Source of the DNA: Bryobacterales bacterium
GTDB taxonomy: Bacteria; Acidobacteriota; Terriglobia; Bryobacterales; UBA6623
NCBI GenBank assembly: GCA_026713545.1
Contig: JAPOOG010000073.1
Location: 4,184 to 68,183, forward strand
Reading direction: 5' to 3'
DNA: 64,000 bases
The notes below the pieces were generated by a model. That model saw only the letters and a list, made by a program, of their open reading frames with translations. It searched no databases and was not told where the DNA came from. Positions 46,091 through 55,869 of this stretch are shown here, piece by piece. How positions within the stretch are numbered: position 1 is the first letter of the stretch; every line of letters begins with the position of its first letter. Position numbers and translations under genes: made by a program.

Positions 46091-47146
46091 ATGCTGTCTA
46101 CGCGAAGAAACTTCTTGCAAGCCGCGGCCACGGGTTGGGTCTTCAGCAATACCGCCCGCGGCGCTCCCACACAGCCATGGGCGAAGAAGGGCCGCATTCT
46201 GGAGCCCGGATTCGCCAGCACATTGTCGAACCAACTGCTTTCGGCGCCCAGCGTCATACGACGGCCGAACGGCCGCCTGCGGATGTACTTCTGGACGCGC
46301 CACCGCAGCGGAGAGGAGCAGTCCAACTATATCTTCGCCGCGGAGGCCTCCACCAGCGCCCCCCGCGACTGGACGGTGGTTGGAAAAGAGCCGATGCTCG
46401 AGGCGTCTCCGACGGGGAATATCAGCGACAAGGGCCCCAGTTTCCCCTGGGTTCTTCCACGCGAGGAGGGCGGCTGGCTGATGTACTACGCGGTCTGGGG
46501 ATCGTGGGCGCCGCCGGGTATGCTTTCCAACAGGACTTCGCTCGCCATCAGCCATGACCAGGGCATCTCCTGGGAGGTGCTGCGAGAACCGCTGCTGCCG
46601 CTGGGCAAGCCGGGCTCGTTCGACGGCGGCATCACCGGCTCGGTATGCGTGCTCAGAACCGGGCGGCAGCAGTATCAGATGTGGTACACGGCGGGTGAGC
46701 GCCGACAGCACTTCGACGACGGCACCACCGACCTGATCGTGCATATCGGGCATGCCCGTTCCACGGACGGTATCGAATGGGTCAAGACCGATGCGCTCAA
46801 TCCCGTTCTACGCGCCCGGCAGGAAGAAGTGGAACCCTATGAGAACATCGTCTCGAAACCGTGCGTGCTGCTGCTGGACGGCGTCTATCACATGTGGTTC
46901 AGCCTGCGGGCTCACGACGGCCGGGGCTACCGGATCAGCTATGCTAAGTCGAAAGACGGCCTGCACTGGCATCGCCCTTTCCGCGAGCAGGTCATCCCAC
47001 CGACGCAAGGCGCCTTCGACTCCGAGCATCAGTCCTATCCCAATGTGATCGAAGTCGGCGACGAACTTTGGATGTTTTACGTCGGCAACCGCTTTGGCCA
47101 GACCGGGATCGGGCTGGCCACGATGAAAAAAGCAGATCTCGTGTAG
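46091..47146 (+). CDS. Tat-secreted five-bladed-beta-propeller-like protein (glycoside hydrolase GH43/32-clan-like; weak call)
   Basis: Tat motif STRRNFLQAAA. Repeated S.DG..W blade motifs (SHDQGISWE, STDGIEWV, SKDGLHWH). GGAGGA SD upstream. Confidence 0.5.
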   Translation: MLSTRRNFLQAAATGWVFSNTARGAPTQPWAKKGRILEPGFASTLSNQLLSAPSVIRRPNGRLRMYFWTRHRSGEEQSNYIFAAEASTSAPRDWTVVGKEPMLEASPTGNISDKGPSFPWVLPREEGGWLMYYAVWGSWAPPGMLSNRTSLAISHDQGISWEVLREPLLPLGKPGSFDGGITGSVCVLRTGRQQYQMWYTAGERRQHFDDGTTDLIVHIGHARSTDGIEWVKTDALNPVLRARQEEVEPYENIVSKPCVLLLDGVYHMWFSLRAHDGRGYRISYAKSKDGLHWHRPFREQVIPPTQGAFDSEHQSYPNVIEVGDELWMFYVGNRFGQTGIGLATMKKADLV

Positions 47147-47244
47147 AAAAGGCCGACCCGTTTCGCAAGCGCAGGCGCACACCGCCGGCGGGTAAAGCCG
47201 CGGAAGCGGACCACGGACGGCATCTCGAAATAGCAAAAGCAACA

Positions 47245-48006
47245 ATGGACAACGCGCCCAAATATAGAGTGCCATCGGTGGAGAAGGCATTCGCCATCGT
47301 GGAACTCTTCGCCGCCGAGAACCGCGGTTACACCCTGAGTGAGGTCAGCCGCCTGCTACGGCTCCCCGTAAGCACGGTAAGTTCCTTGCTGAGCACCCTG
47401 TGGAACTGCGGCTATGTGTCCCGTCATGAGCAAGGCCGTTACCGGCTCACGATGAAGCTTCTCGCCGAGGGCACAAAAGCCGTCAACCAATTGGATCTGC
47501 ACAAAGTGGCCGAGCCTCATATGAAGGAACTGACCGCCAAGAGCGGTCTGACCTCGGTCCTCGCTGTGCGCGACGGCGACCACCTGGTCTATCTGGACAA
47601 GGTCGACGGGGCCAGCGAAGTGCTTCTGGCTTCCTACGTGGGCAGGCGGATGCTGCTCCACTTGACGGGGACGGGCAAGGTCCTGCTTTCCGGGCTTTCC
47701 GAGTCGGACGTGGCGGAGATCGTGCGCTCCGTGGGGTTGCCGGCGTTGACTCCGAAAACGATTACCTCGCTGCCGGTTCTCAACAAGGAGCTTGCCAGGA
47801 TTCGAAAACGCGGGCACGCCATTGACAATCAGGGGTACGACCTGGGAATCAAGGGCGTTGCCGCTCCGATCTTCGACCGGGATGGAAATGTCGCCGCGGC
47901 GGTCGGCGTCGGGGGGTCCGTATTCGAACTCAACGGGAAGATGCGCCAGGTCGTCAAGCTGGTGAAAACCGCCGCTCGAGCCGTCTCCGAGAATCTCGGA
48001 CGCTGA
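47245..48006 (+). CDS. IclR-family transcriptional regulator
   Basis: VEKAFAIVELFA...YTLSEVSRLLRLPVSTVSSLLSTL winged helix-turn-helix, then an IclR effector domain. ATG 47245 is preferred over the ORF-track start at 47068. Confidence 0.9.
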   Translation: MDNAPKYRVPSVEKAFAIVELFAAENRGYTLSEVSRLLRLPVSTVSSLLSTLWNCGYVSRHEQGRYRLTMKLLAEGTKAVNQLDLHKVAEPHMKELTAKSGLTSVLAVRDGDHLVYLDKVDGASEVLLASYVGRRMLLHLTGTGKVLLSGLSESDVAEIVRSVGLPALTPKTITSLPVLNKELARIRKRGHAIDNQGYDLGIKGVAAPIFDRDGNVAAAVGVGGSVFELNGKMRQVVKLVKTAARAVSENLGR

Positions 48007-48128
48007 CGTGAAGCCCCGTCTCGGGCTGCCAGACAACCGCCGGTCTCTGAACATCCTGATCCTCCTCCGATGCACTGCTCAAGTGCCGTCGGGCAAGTGG
48101 CGGAGAAACCAACAACCGCATTAATAAA

Positions 48129-49409
48129 ATGGAGGTACGGGTGACATTTCGGCATGCGAAGGTTCTTTCTTTGGCTCTCTTGATCTCCTGCGCAGGTTGC
48201 GGTCGAAGAGAATCCCCCGCAGAACCTTCAACACGTAGCGGCCTGCACGACGAGCTGATCGTAGTCGACGGGCACGTGCACATGATCAATTCGGTCTTCC
48301 ACCAAGGCATCGATCCCTGGAGTGTGCAGTCGATCGGGAGCTTCGACTATGCCCGCGCGAAACAGGGCGGGCTCGATGTGGCCATCGAACATCTCTACAT
48401 CGAGGATGCCTACAACAAGTACAACTACACGATCAAACAGGCTTTGCGTCTGATCGAAACCTTCTACGGAGTCCTTGAAGCGAATAACGGCAGGATGGAG
48501 TTGGCGCTTACCTCGCAGGATGTCAGGAGGATTGCGGCTCAAGGCAAACTGGTCGTGATTTTGGCCCTGGAAGGTGGTTTCGATATGGAAGGGGACCCGG
48601 ACGTGCTTCGGCTGTTCCACCGTCTGGGTGTCCGCATGGTGCAGTTCGCGAATCACGACACCACAAATGCCCTGACGGATGCCCTCGACGTTCGAAAATG
48701 GAACGGTATCAGCGAACGAGGCCGTGAGATCATTCGCGAAATGAATCGCCTCGGCATCGTCATTGATATCTCGCATGCGTCGGCCGAAGCGAAGCAAGAA
48801 ATCATCGAGGCGAGTCAGGCCCCCGTGGTGACCAGTCACAACGGATTGCAGCACTTCAGTTCGTTTCCGGGGAACATCACCGACGAGACTCTCGAAGCCC
48901 TGGCAGCAAAAGGCGGGCTCGTCGGACTGCACACCGCCGGTTGGATCCTCAGCGAAGAATCCTTCCAATGGGGGTATCATCGCCCGCGAACGGCTTCGCC
49001 CCCTCCGTGGACCGAACGTTTGAAAGTGGAGTTGTCCCGGCCGCCGTTGGACTATGGCGGCTACATGGCCCGACTTGATTCGCTCATGGCGGACAAGTGG
49101 GCCACGACCTACGGATACGGGCAGCCGTGGCGAGAGCGGCAGCGGGAGGCGATCGCGGCCGGTGCGCCTGTCCCGACCGTGGAGGACTGGGCGAACCAAG
49201 TGGACTATATCGTCAGCCTGGCAGGACCCGATCACGTAGGTTTGGGCCTGGACTTGATGTCCGGCGGGAACTGGTTGAAAGACGTTGACGCAACCGGTTA
49301 CCCGCGTTTGACGGAGGCTTTGCTCGAGAAGGGTTACTCAGCCGGCGTGATGCGAAAGATTCTCGGTGAAAATTGGCTGCGTATGCTGGACGCCGCCAAG
49401 GTCCCGTAG
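48129..49409 (+). CDS. Membrane dipeptidase (peptidase family M19), probable lipoprotein
   Basis: VVDGHVHM, ALEGG...L(R)LFHRLGVRM and IDISHAS motifs. Lipobox LLISCAGC. The alternative start GTG 48141 has GGAGGT 5 nt upstream. Confidence 0.85.
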   Translation: MEVRVTFRHAKVLSLALLISCAGCGRRESPAEPSTRSGLHDELIVVDGHVHMINSVFHQGIDPWSVQSIGSFDYARAKQGGLDVAIEHLYIEDAYNKYNYTIKQALRLIETFYGVLEANNGRMELALTSQDVRRIAAQGKLVVILALEGGFDMEGDPDVLRLFHRLGVRMVQFANHDTTNALTDALDVRKWNGISERGREIIREMNRLGIVIDISHASAEAKQEIIEASQAPVVTSHNGLQHFSSFPGNITDETLEALAAKGGLVGLHTAGWILSEESFQWGYHRPRTASPPPWTERLKVELSRPPLDYGGYMARLDSLMADKWATTYGYGQPWRERQREAIAAGAPVPTVEDWANQVDYIVSLAGPDHVGLGLDLMSGGNWLKDVDATGYPRLTEALLEKGYSAGVMRKILGENWLRMLDAAKVP

Positions 49410-49436
49410 TCACCCGCCCCTTGCCAAGACAGTAGC

Positions 49437-49525
49437 TGGCCTGAAACATCCTCCTGATCAAGCGGCGTTCACACCGGCCCGGGCGTTTCCCGCTTGAATC
49501 ATCCGCAGGCGTGCGGAGGAAAACT
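49437..49525 (+). repeat. RepB copy 1 (about 88 nt), 28 nt after the dipeptidase stop
   Basis: TGGCCTGAAACATCCTCCTGATCAAGCGG...CCCGCTTGAATCATCCGCAGGCGTGCGGAGGAAAAC aligns with the 57118 and 62761 copies. Confidence 0.8.
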
Positions 49526-49708
49526 GGCCTGTGGCTACTCGCCCTGTTTCCGGCCTCCCGGGCCGACGATCGGCGGCAGTTTCAAGGACCCGGCTATAGT
49601 GGCGTCCCGGCCAAGACGAAGCCCCTTCCCGTAAATTTTTCCGCGACGGGAAACGCCCGCTGGCCGGCGGATGTCGGCGGACGGCGGAGTGGCTGCCCGT
49701 GTCTACCG

Positions 49709-49749
49709 TCGCGCCCGCTTTCGAGGCGCGAAACGGTCGCTTTTATTTT
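49709..49749 (+). terminator. Possible intrinsic terminator (TCGCGCC-9 nt-GGCGCGA, then TTTTATTTT 9 nt later)
   Basis: 7-bp GC stem plus a T-rich run. The gap between stem and T-run is longer than canonical. Confidence 0.3.
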
Positions 49750-49751
49750 CA

Positions 49752-49765
49752 ATATTTTGAAATAT
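49752..49765. promoter_or_regulatory. AT-only palindrome ATATTT-TG-AAATAT upstream of the TonB-dependent receptor promoter (candidate operator)
   Basis: Perfect 6-bp arms. It lies in a roughly 50-nt almost pure A/T island within a GC-rich genome. Confidence 0.35.
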
Positions 49766-49788
49766 CATTTTTATATAAGAAAAATGTC

Positions 49789-49817
49789 TTGACACCTCCG
49801 TCGGCGTTTGCCATACT
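49789..49817 (+). promoter_or_regulatory. Candidate sigma70-type promoter (TTGACA-17 nt-CATACT) for the 49863 receptor gene
   Basis: Consensus -35 with 17-nt spacing. AAGGAGG SD at 49849-49855 before GTG 49863. Confidence 0.5.
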
Positions 49818-49862
49818 CGCAGCGGTTATGTCTGCATCCGCATCACGTTAAGGAGGGGTCTT

Positions 49863-52800
49863 GTGAAATACACGTTTTCTCTCTTTTCCGGCAAGAGCAT
49901 TCGCATCCCGGCGCTTCTGATTCTCGGTCTCGCGTTCAGCCTGAGCGCCTTCGGTCAGGCCGAGCTGGGCGCTATCCTGGGGACCGTCCAGGACACCACA
50001 GGCGCCGTCGTCCCCGGCGCATCCGTGGCCGTCATCAACGAGGACACCGGGCTGACTCGGAACCTGATCACGAACGCCGAGGGGCAGTACACGGCCAATC
50101 TGCTGCAGATCGGGCAGTACTCGGTGGAAGCCGAGATCTCCGGCTTCAACAAGTCGGTGGTTACGGGTATCGTCGTCCTCGTCAACCAAACCGTTCGCAC
50201 CGACGTCGTCCTGCAGGTCGGCGAGGTCACCGAAACCGTCGAGGTGACATCCAGCGTCCCTCTCATCAAGACCGATGCGTCCGATGTCGGGCAGGTCGTG
50301 GAGGAGAAACAGGTCGTCGAGCTGCCTCTCAATGGCCGCAAGTTCATTCAACTGGCGCGTCTCGGCACGGGAACGTTGGACAACGCCAAGCTGGACGGCG
50401 TCATGGGCTCGGCGACCCACGGCGGCGGCATCGTCGCCAACGGCGCCAGCACCAACGCCAACCAGATCACCTTGGACGGCGTCGAGAACCAGGACTGGCT
50501 GATCCCGCGGGTGGGCCTCAGTCCGAGTCCCGATGCCATTCAGGAATTCAAGATCATGAGCGGCTCCTACTCGGCTGAGTACGGCCGCGGCGCCGGGGCC
50601 CACATCAACGTGGCGATCAAGTCGGGCACCAACGAGTTTCACGGCGGCGTTTTCTATTTTCACCGCAACGACAACCTGGATGCCCGCAACTTCTTCGACC
50701 GCTCTACTCTGCCGGAGTTCAAGCGCAACCAGTACGGAGGCACGTTGGGCGGCCCCTTCGTGAAGAACAAGACGTTTGGTTTCTACAGCTTTGAAGGTCT
50801 GCGTAGCGGCAAGGGGCGGACGATCAACGCCACCCTGGCGACTCCGGCCCAGCGGCAGGGCGACCTGTCGGGGCCCGGCGGCTTTCCGATCTATGACCCC
50901 CTGACCACCATGACGGCCGCCGACGGAGTCATTCACCGCGACCTCTTCGTGGACAACCGGATCCCCACGAGCCGGCTCTCGCAGACGACCCAGAGGGCGA
51001 TGCAGCTTCTCTGGCCGGCGGTGCAGAGCGAAGTCCCCAATGAGCCGAACGCCGTCTTCAACCCCGTCGAGCTGAACGATCAGGATCAACACATCGTTCG
51101 GGTCGACCACCGCTTTTCCGACAACGACAACCTCTTCGGGCGTTACGGTCACAACACCAACCCCCGGCTGCTGCCGGATTTCCTTTCGCCCGGCCTGCCG
51201 ATGCAGGGCACCCTTTTCGGTTTCACCCAGCAGAACGCGGTCCTCAGCTACACCAAGATCATCACTCCGAACCTGGTCAACGAAGCGCGCATGGGCTACA
51301 ACTACTTCTTCCAGGATCTGAGTCTCGAGCTGAAAGACACCAACGTCGTCGGTGAGATCGGGATCGAAGGAGCCTTGCAGGACCCGGTGACCTGGGGACC
51401 GCCGAACGTGAACGTCAGCGGCATGACCGGCATGGGCGCTTTCCCGTTCGCGCCGAGCGTCCCCAAGGTCCATGGTTTTCACTACATGGACACTCTGGCG
51501 CTGACCAAGGGGACGCACAACATCAAGATGGGCATCGATATCCGCCGGGGCCACCAGAACGGCGGACAATTCCCTTACCCGCGCGGACGCTATGGCTTTA
51601 CGGGCGGATTCACGCGCAACCCGGCCTCCCCCGCCGGCACGGGCCAAGGCCTGGGCGACTTCCTGCTCGGTTACCCACAGAACTCGTACATCATCCAGGG
51701 CCGCACCGACAACGACATCCGTACACTCAACGCGGGGTTTTACGTCCAGGACAACTGGAACGTCCACCCGAACCTCACCTTGAACCTGGGCCTTCGGTAC
51801 AACTACATGCCGGCGGCCGTGAGCGCAGCCGACCGCATCGTCAACTGGAGCGAGGAGCACCAGGCGCTGATCCTCGCCCAGACCGATCTGGACAAGCCGA
51901 CGGCCTGCGCCGGGTGCAACGGCCGGCCCTTGAGGGAACTGATCAAGGACTTTGAGGGCATCTTCAACTTCATGACAAGAGATCAGGTCGGCTGGCCGCG
52001 CTCGTTGTACCGCAGCGACAACAACAACTGGTCACCCCGTCTCGGTTTCGCGTGGCGCCTGTTCGGTAGCAACGACACGGTTCTGCGGGCGGCCTGGGGC
52101 CGTTTCTATGAGATCATCGCCGGGAACGTCCACTGGAACTTCACGACGAACCCGCCGCTGTCACGCAACTTGTCTTTCAGCACGGACCCCAACGCCTTGC
52201 CCGCCATTACGTTTGCGCAGCCGTTCCCGGGTGTCGGCGTCCAGGGCGCTCCCGGCACGTCCGGCGGTATTCAATACGATTGGCACGATCCCTACCAGGA
52301 CAACTGGAACGTGTCCATTCAGAGACGGATTCTGCCCAGCACCTCCCTGAACGTAGGCTATGTCGGTTCGCGCGGCGTGGGGCAGCGGATGGGCGTGAAC
52401 TTCAACGCCCCCGAGTTCGGAGACGGGCCTCCCCAACCCCGGCGGCCTCATCCCGAGCATGGCAACACCGGGATCAACGTTCCCTGGGGGCACCGCCGCT
52501 ATGATTCGCTGCAGGTGAAACTCGAAACGCGGGCGAGCGACCTCAACATTCTGACCAGCTACACCTGGGCGAATGCGACCACCTGGGGCGGCGGCGGTAT
52601 CAACGAGAGCGGTTCCGGGGTCCGTTTCCCCTGGAACTTTCCGGCGCGGCGGGAGCCCGTATTGACCGGAATATTGGATCCGGGCGACCCCTACTTGGCG
52701 AGGGACAAGGGATCGTCCCGAGCCGATGTCGAGCATCGGCTCTCGGTGGCCTTCGTTTGGCAGTTGCCGCTCGGAAGAGGCAAGTTGATTCCGCTCTCCG

Positions 52801-53297
52801 GGCCGCTGAACTGGATCGCCGGCGGCTGGCAGTTGAACGGGATCATCACCCATGAGTCCGGCATCGCCCTGCCCGTAGGCTACGGGATCACCAACACGAA
52901 CGGGGCGGCCGGGACGCGGCCTGATCTGGTCGGGAACCCGAACTCCGGATCCCGCAATGCTCCGGAATCCTGGATCAACAGGGCGGCTTTCCAGGACCCT
53001 ATCCCGCTTGCTCATGTGCTTGCGTCCGGCATGAGCCCGATCGTGGCGGCGGGCAATGCGGGGCGCGCACCGATCATCGGCCCCGGAGCCCAGCTTTGGG
53101 ACCTGGGCGTCTACAAGAATTTCTTCTTTGCGGACGAGGACTATCGGCTGCAGTTTCGATTCGAGATGTTCAACGCCTTCAACCACGCCAACTTCGGCAA
53201 CCCCAACACGAACTTCACGAGTAACAATTTCGGGAGGATCACGAGTACGTTCGGATTCGCCCGGGAGATCCAGTTCGGGCTGAAGTTCAACTTCTAG
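49863..53297 (+). CDS. TonB-dependent receptor with N-terminal carboxypeptidase-regulatory-like domain
   Basis: 1144 aa. Signal peptide, GTVQDTTGAVVPGASVAVINEDTG...GQYTANLLQIGQYSV, and a barrel ending ...FGLKFNF. Paralogue of the 23280-26471 product. Confidence 0.9.
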   Translation: MKYTFSLFSGKSIRIPALLILGLAFSLSAFGQAELGAILGTVQDTTGAVVPGASVAVINEDTGLTRNLITNAEGQYTANLLQIGQYSVEAEISGFNKSVVTGIVVLVNQTVRTDVVLQVGEVTETVEVTSSVPLIKTDASDVGQVVEEKQVVELPLNGRKFIQLARLGTGTLDNAKLDGVMGSATHGGGIVANGASTNANQITLDGVENQDWLIPRVGLSPSPDAIQEFKIMSGSYSAEYGRGAGAHINVAIKSGTNEFHGGVFYFHRNDNLDARNFFDRSTLPEFKRNQYGGTLGGPFVKNKTFGFYSFEGLRSGKGRTINATLATPAQRQGDLSGPGGFPIYDPLTTMTAADGVIHRDLFVDNRIPTSRLSQTTQRAMQLLWPAVQSEVPNEPNAVFNPVELNDQDQHIVRVDHRFSDNDNLFGRYGHNTNPRLLPDFLSPGLPMQGTLFGFTQQNAVLSYTKIITPNLVNEARMGYNYFFQDLSLELKDTNVVGEIGIEGALQDPVTWGPPNVNVSGMTGMGAFPFAPSVPKVHGFHYMDTLALTKGTHNIKMGIDIRRGHQNGGQFPYPRGRYGFTGGFTRNPASPAGTGQGLGDFLLGYPQNSYIIQGRTDNDIRTLNAGFYVQDNWNVHPNLTLNLGLRYNYMPAAVSAADRIVNWSEEHQALILAQTDLDKPTACAGCNGRPLRELIKDFEGIFNFMTRDQVGWPRSLYRSDNNNWSPRLGFAWRLFGSNDTVLRAAWGRFYEIIAGNVHWNFTTNPPLSRNLSFSTDPNALPAITFAQPFPGVGVQGAPGTSGGIQYDWHDPYQDNWNVSIQRRILPSTSLNVGYVGSRGVGQRMGVNFNAPEFGDGPPQPRRPHPEHGNTGINVPWGHRRYDSLQVKLETRASDLNILTSYTWANATTWGGGGINESGSGVRFPWNFPARREPVLTGILDPGDPYLARDKGSSRADVEHRLSVAFVWQLPLGRGKLIPLSGPLNWIAGGWQLNGIITHESGIALPVGYGITNTNGAAGTRPDLVGNPNSGSRNAPESWINRAAFQDPIPLAHVLASGMSPIVAAGNAGRAPIIGPGAQLWDLGVYKNFFFADEDYRLQFRFEMFNAFNHANFGNPNTNFTSNNFGRITSTFGFAREIQFGLKFNF

Positions 53298-53319
53298 GAG
53301 GGCTGCCGACCGTCGCATA

Positions 53320-54915
53320 ATGATACGGATGTCCGGGAGACCAAGCCCACTGCCTGCCGCTCGATGCAGGAAGCGGTGGGCTTGGCCATTCGGTCTCTTG
53401 CTTTGCTTGTGTCTCCGCGCCGCCGACGTTGCGCCGGTTGACCTGAAATCTCTCGTCGAAGGCGATTTCGACGGCTCGGAGGAAGAGGCGCTTGACGCCC
53501 TGCATCGCAATCCCGAGCGGATCGGCCCTTATTTGCGGCTCGGCTCCTTCTACAACCGGCAGGGGAAACTCGATCTGGCCCGCAGCTATCTTCTTCTCGG
53601 CCTCGAGACCGAGCCGGACAGCCCCGGCGCTCATCAGCTCCTGGCCGTGAATTACGCTCGCCGGCAGATGTGGGATCAGGCGTTCGCGCACATCGACAAG
53701 GCGATAGAGAGCCAGCCGTCCAATCCCGCGCTGTTCTATAACCGGGGAGCCTTCCTCTACAACACGCAACGCTACGACGAAGCCTTGGGGCCGTTCCGCA
53801 GGGCGCACGAACTGGAACCGGAGAACCTCCGATACCACCAGGACTACGCTTCCTCTCTCGAGGCGGCCGGACGGCACGAAGAATGCCTGGCGGAACTGAC
53901 GACGCTGCTCGACAGCCACCCCCGTGAAGCAAGCCTCTATTACGACCGGGCGCATTCGTGGATGAAGCTCGGTGAAACGGAGAAAGCCCGCCAAGACGCG
54001 CAGAAGGCCGTCTCGTTGCGTCCGGACCTTGCCGGCGCCCACTACTTGCTGGGAAAGATTCACGAACAGGACGGGGAATCGTCCCAGGCGCTGGCGGCCT
54101 ATTCCAAGGTCGTCGATCTGGAACCGGGTCACTTCAATGCGCGTTATCGACTGAGTCTTCTGCATATGCGCCACGGCGACCCGGAAGAGGGCCGGCGGCA
54201 GCTCGATACCTATCGGTCGCTGAAAGACAACGTGGACGCACGCAATGCCGTCCTGCGGGCCGGCAATGCTTTCAGGGCCGGAAACTACGGCTCCGCCGAA
54301 GCGCAGTATCGCGAGGCCTTGGAAAGAGATTCGGACAACACCCAGGCTCTCTTCTATCTGGGGCTCATCCAGAAGAACAAAGGACAACTCACGCAAGCAG
54401 CCGAGTCTTTCCAAAAGGCTCTTGCCGTCCAGCCGGACTTGGCCGTCGCGCGCGCGAATCTGGGCCTCACGTTGGCCGGTCTCGGTCAAGCGGATCAGGC
54501 GCGTATCCACCTCAGACAGGCAATGCGCGCCGTCCGGGATGACTTCGAGGTCACCTACGCCGCCGGCCGCGGCTATCTCACTCTGCGAGACTTCACGGCG
54601 GCGGAGAACCCGCTCCTGCGCGCTCTCGAGCTCTGGCCGGACCATCCCAGGGTGCTTGCCGATCTGTTCCGGCTCTATGCGCTGTGGGGAAGAATCGACG
54701 CGGCACGGAAACAGTTACAGCCGGCCATCGAAGCGAACCCCGACGACAGCCGGCTGCACTATCTCGCGGGCCTGTTCTGGGCGGGGGACGGCCAGTTCGA
54801 CCGGGCGCGAGACGTGTTGCGAGTGGCGGCAAGACTCTCGCCCAATGACGTCAAGGTGGCTCGCCTGCTTTCTAGAATGGAAGGAGTGACCGCCGCGGAA
54901 TTTCCGAGCCGGTAG
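53320..54915 (+). CDS. Tetratricopeptide (TPR) repeat protein, secreted
   Basis: 531 aa with a signal-like N-terminus and many 34-residue A..Y..AL...P repeats. Confidence 0.8.
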   Translation: MIRMSGRPSPLPAARCRKRWAWPFGLLLCLCLRAADVAPVDLKSLVEGDFDGSEEEALDALHRNPERIGPYLRLGSFYNRQGKLDLARSYLLLGLETEPDSPGAHQLLAVNYARRQMWDQAFAHIDKAIESQPSNPALFYNRGAFLYNTQRYDEALGPFRRAHELEPENLRYHQDYASSLEAAGRHEECLAELTTLLDSHPREASLYYDRAHSWMKLGETEKARQDAQKAVSLRPDLAGAHYLLGKIHEQDGESSQALAAYSKVVDLEPGHFNARYRLSLLHMRHGDPEEGRRQLDTYRSLKDNVDARNAVLRAGNAFRAGNYGSAEAQYREALERDSDNTQALFYLGLIQKNKGQLTQAAESFQKALAVQPDLAVARANLGLTLAGLGQADQARIHLRQAMRAVRDDFEVTYAAGRGYLTLRDFTAAENPLLRALELWPDHPRVLADLFRLYALWGRIDAARKQLQPAIEANPDDSRLHYLAGLFWAGDGQFDRARDVLRVAARLSPNDVKVARLLSRMEGVTAAEFPSR

Positions 54916-54995
54916 ATCAGACTCACGCGATGAACAAGAGGCTGGGATGCCCAGGTCTACCGGGCCGGTCGAAGCCTTGCTGAACAGGGAGAAAC

Positions 54996-55850
54996 GTGCA
55001 GACGACTTGTAGCGGCCTGAACGAGCGCCAGAAAGCCTACTACGAGGAGAACGGCTATCTCTTTCCACTAAGGGCATTGGACGCCGCGGAGACGGAACGA
55101 TACCGCCGGCGCTTCTTCGAGTACCGCTCACAGATCAGCGACCGCCTCCGGACTCTGCCGCCGAGACAACAGTACCACGTCTACTCGGAGACCCATACGT
55201 TTCTCCGCTGGGTCTATGAACTCGTTTCACAGCCGAGAGTTCTGGACGCCGTCGAGGGCGTGCTGGGGTCCGATCTGTTGATCTGGAACACGCGCTGGTT
55301 CGCCAAACTGCCCGGCGAAAAAATGTACGTTGCTTGGCATCAGGACGCCGCCTATTGGGGACTCCACCCGCCCAAGGTCACAACCGCATGGATCGCTCTC
55401 TCGGAAAGCACGGCGGAGAACGGCGCCATGCGGATGATTCCCGGCTCCCAGAAAAAGCCGCTCCTCCCGCAGAAGGACACCTATGCGCCCGACAACGCTT
55501 TGTCGCGGGGACAGGAGATCGCCGTCGAAGTCAACGAAGACGAAGCCGTGGACGTTATCCTGCGGCCCGGAGAGATGTCGCTGCACCACATAGGCATTGT
55601 GCACGGTTCCGGCGCAAACCGATCCGACAAGCCCCGGATCGGCATCGCCGTTCGTTTCGTCACACCCGAGGTGAAGCAGGATGGTCCCGAGAAGCAGGTC
55701 GCGATCCTGGTGCGCGGCCGGGACGACTACGGCCATTTTGATCTCGTGCGACCACCAGGACCCGCGGAGGATTCTCCCAACGGCGCACGGCACTCGGAAG
55801 CCGTGCGGCGCATGCTCAAGAACCTGATGCCCGAGGACTACACGGACTGA
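54996..55850 (+). CDS. Phytanoyl-CoA dioxygenase (PhyH) family Fe(II)/2-oxoglutarate oxygenase
   Basis: WHQDAAYW (HxD), AWIALSESTAENGAMRMIPGS and SLHHIGIVHGSGANRS motifs. Confidence 0.85.
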   Translation: MQTTCSGLNERQKAYYEENGYLFPLRALDAAETERYRRRFFEYRSQISDRLRTLPPRQQYHVYSETHTFLRWVYELVSQPRVLDAVEGVLGSDLLIWNTRWFAKLPGEKMYVAWHQDAAYWGLHPPKVTTAWIALSESTAENGAMRMIPGSQKKPLLPQKDTYAPDNALSRGQEIAVEVNEDEAVDVILRPGEMSLHHIGIVHGSGANRSDKPRIGIAVRFVTPEVKQDGPEKQVAILVRGRDDYGHFDLVRPPGPAEDSPNGARHSEAVRRMLKNLMPEDYTD

Positions 55851-55869
55851 TCACAAGGAGGAACGAATC

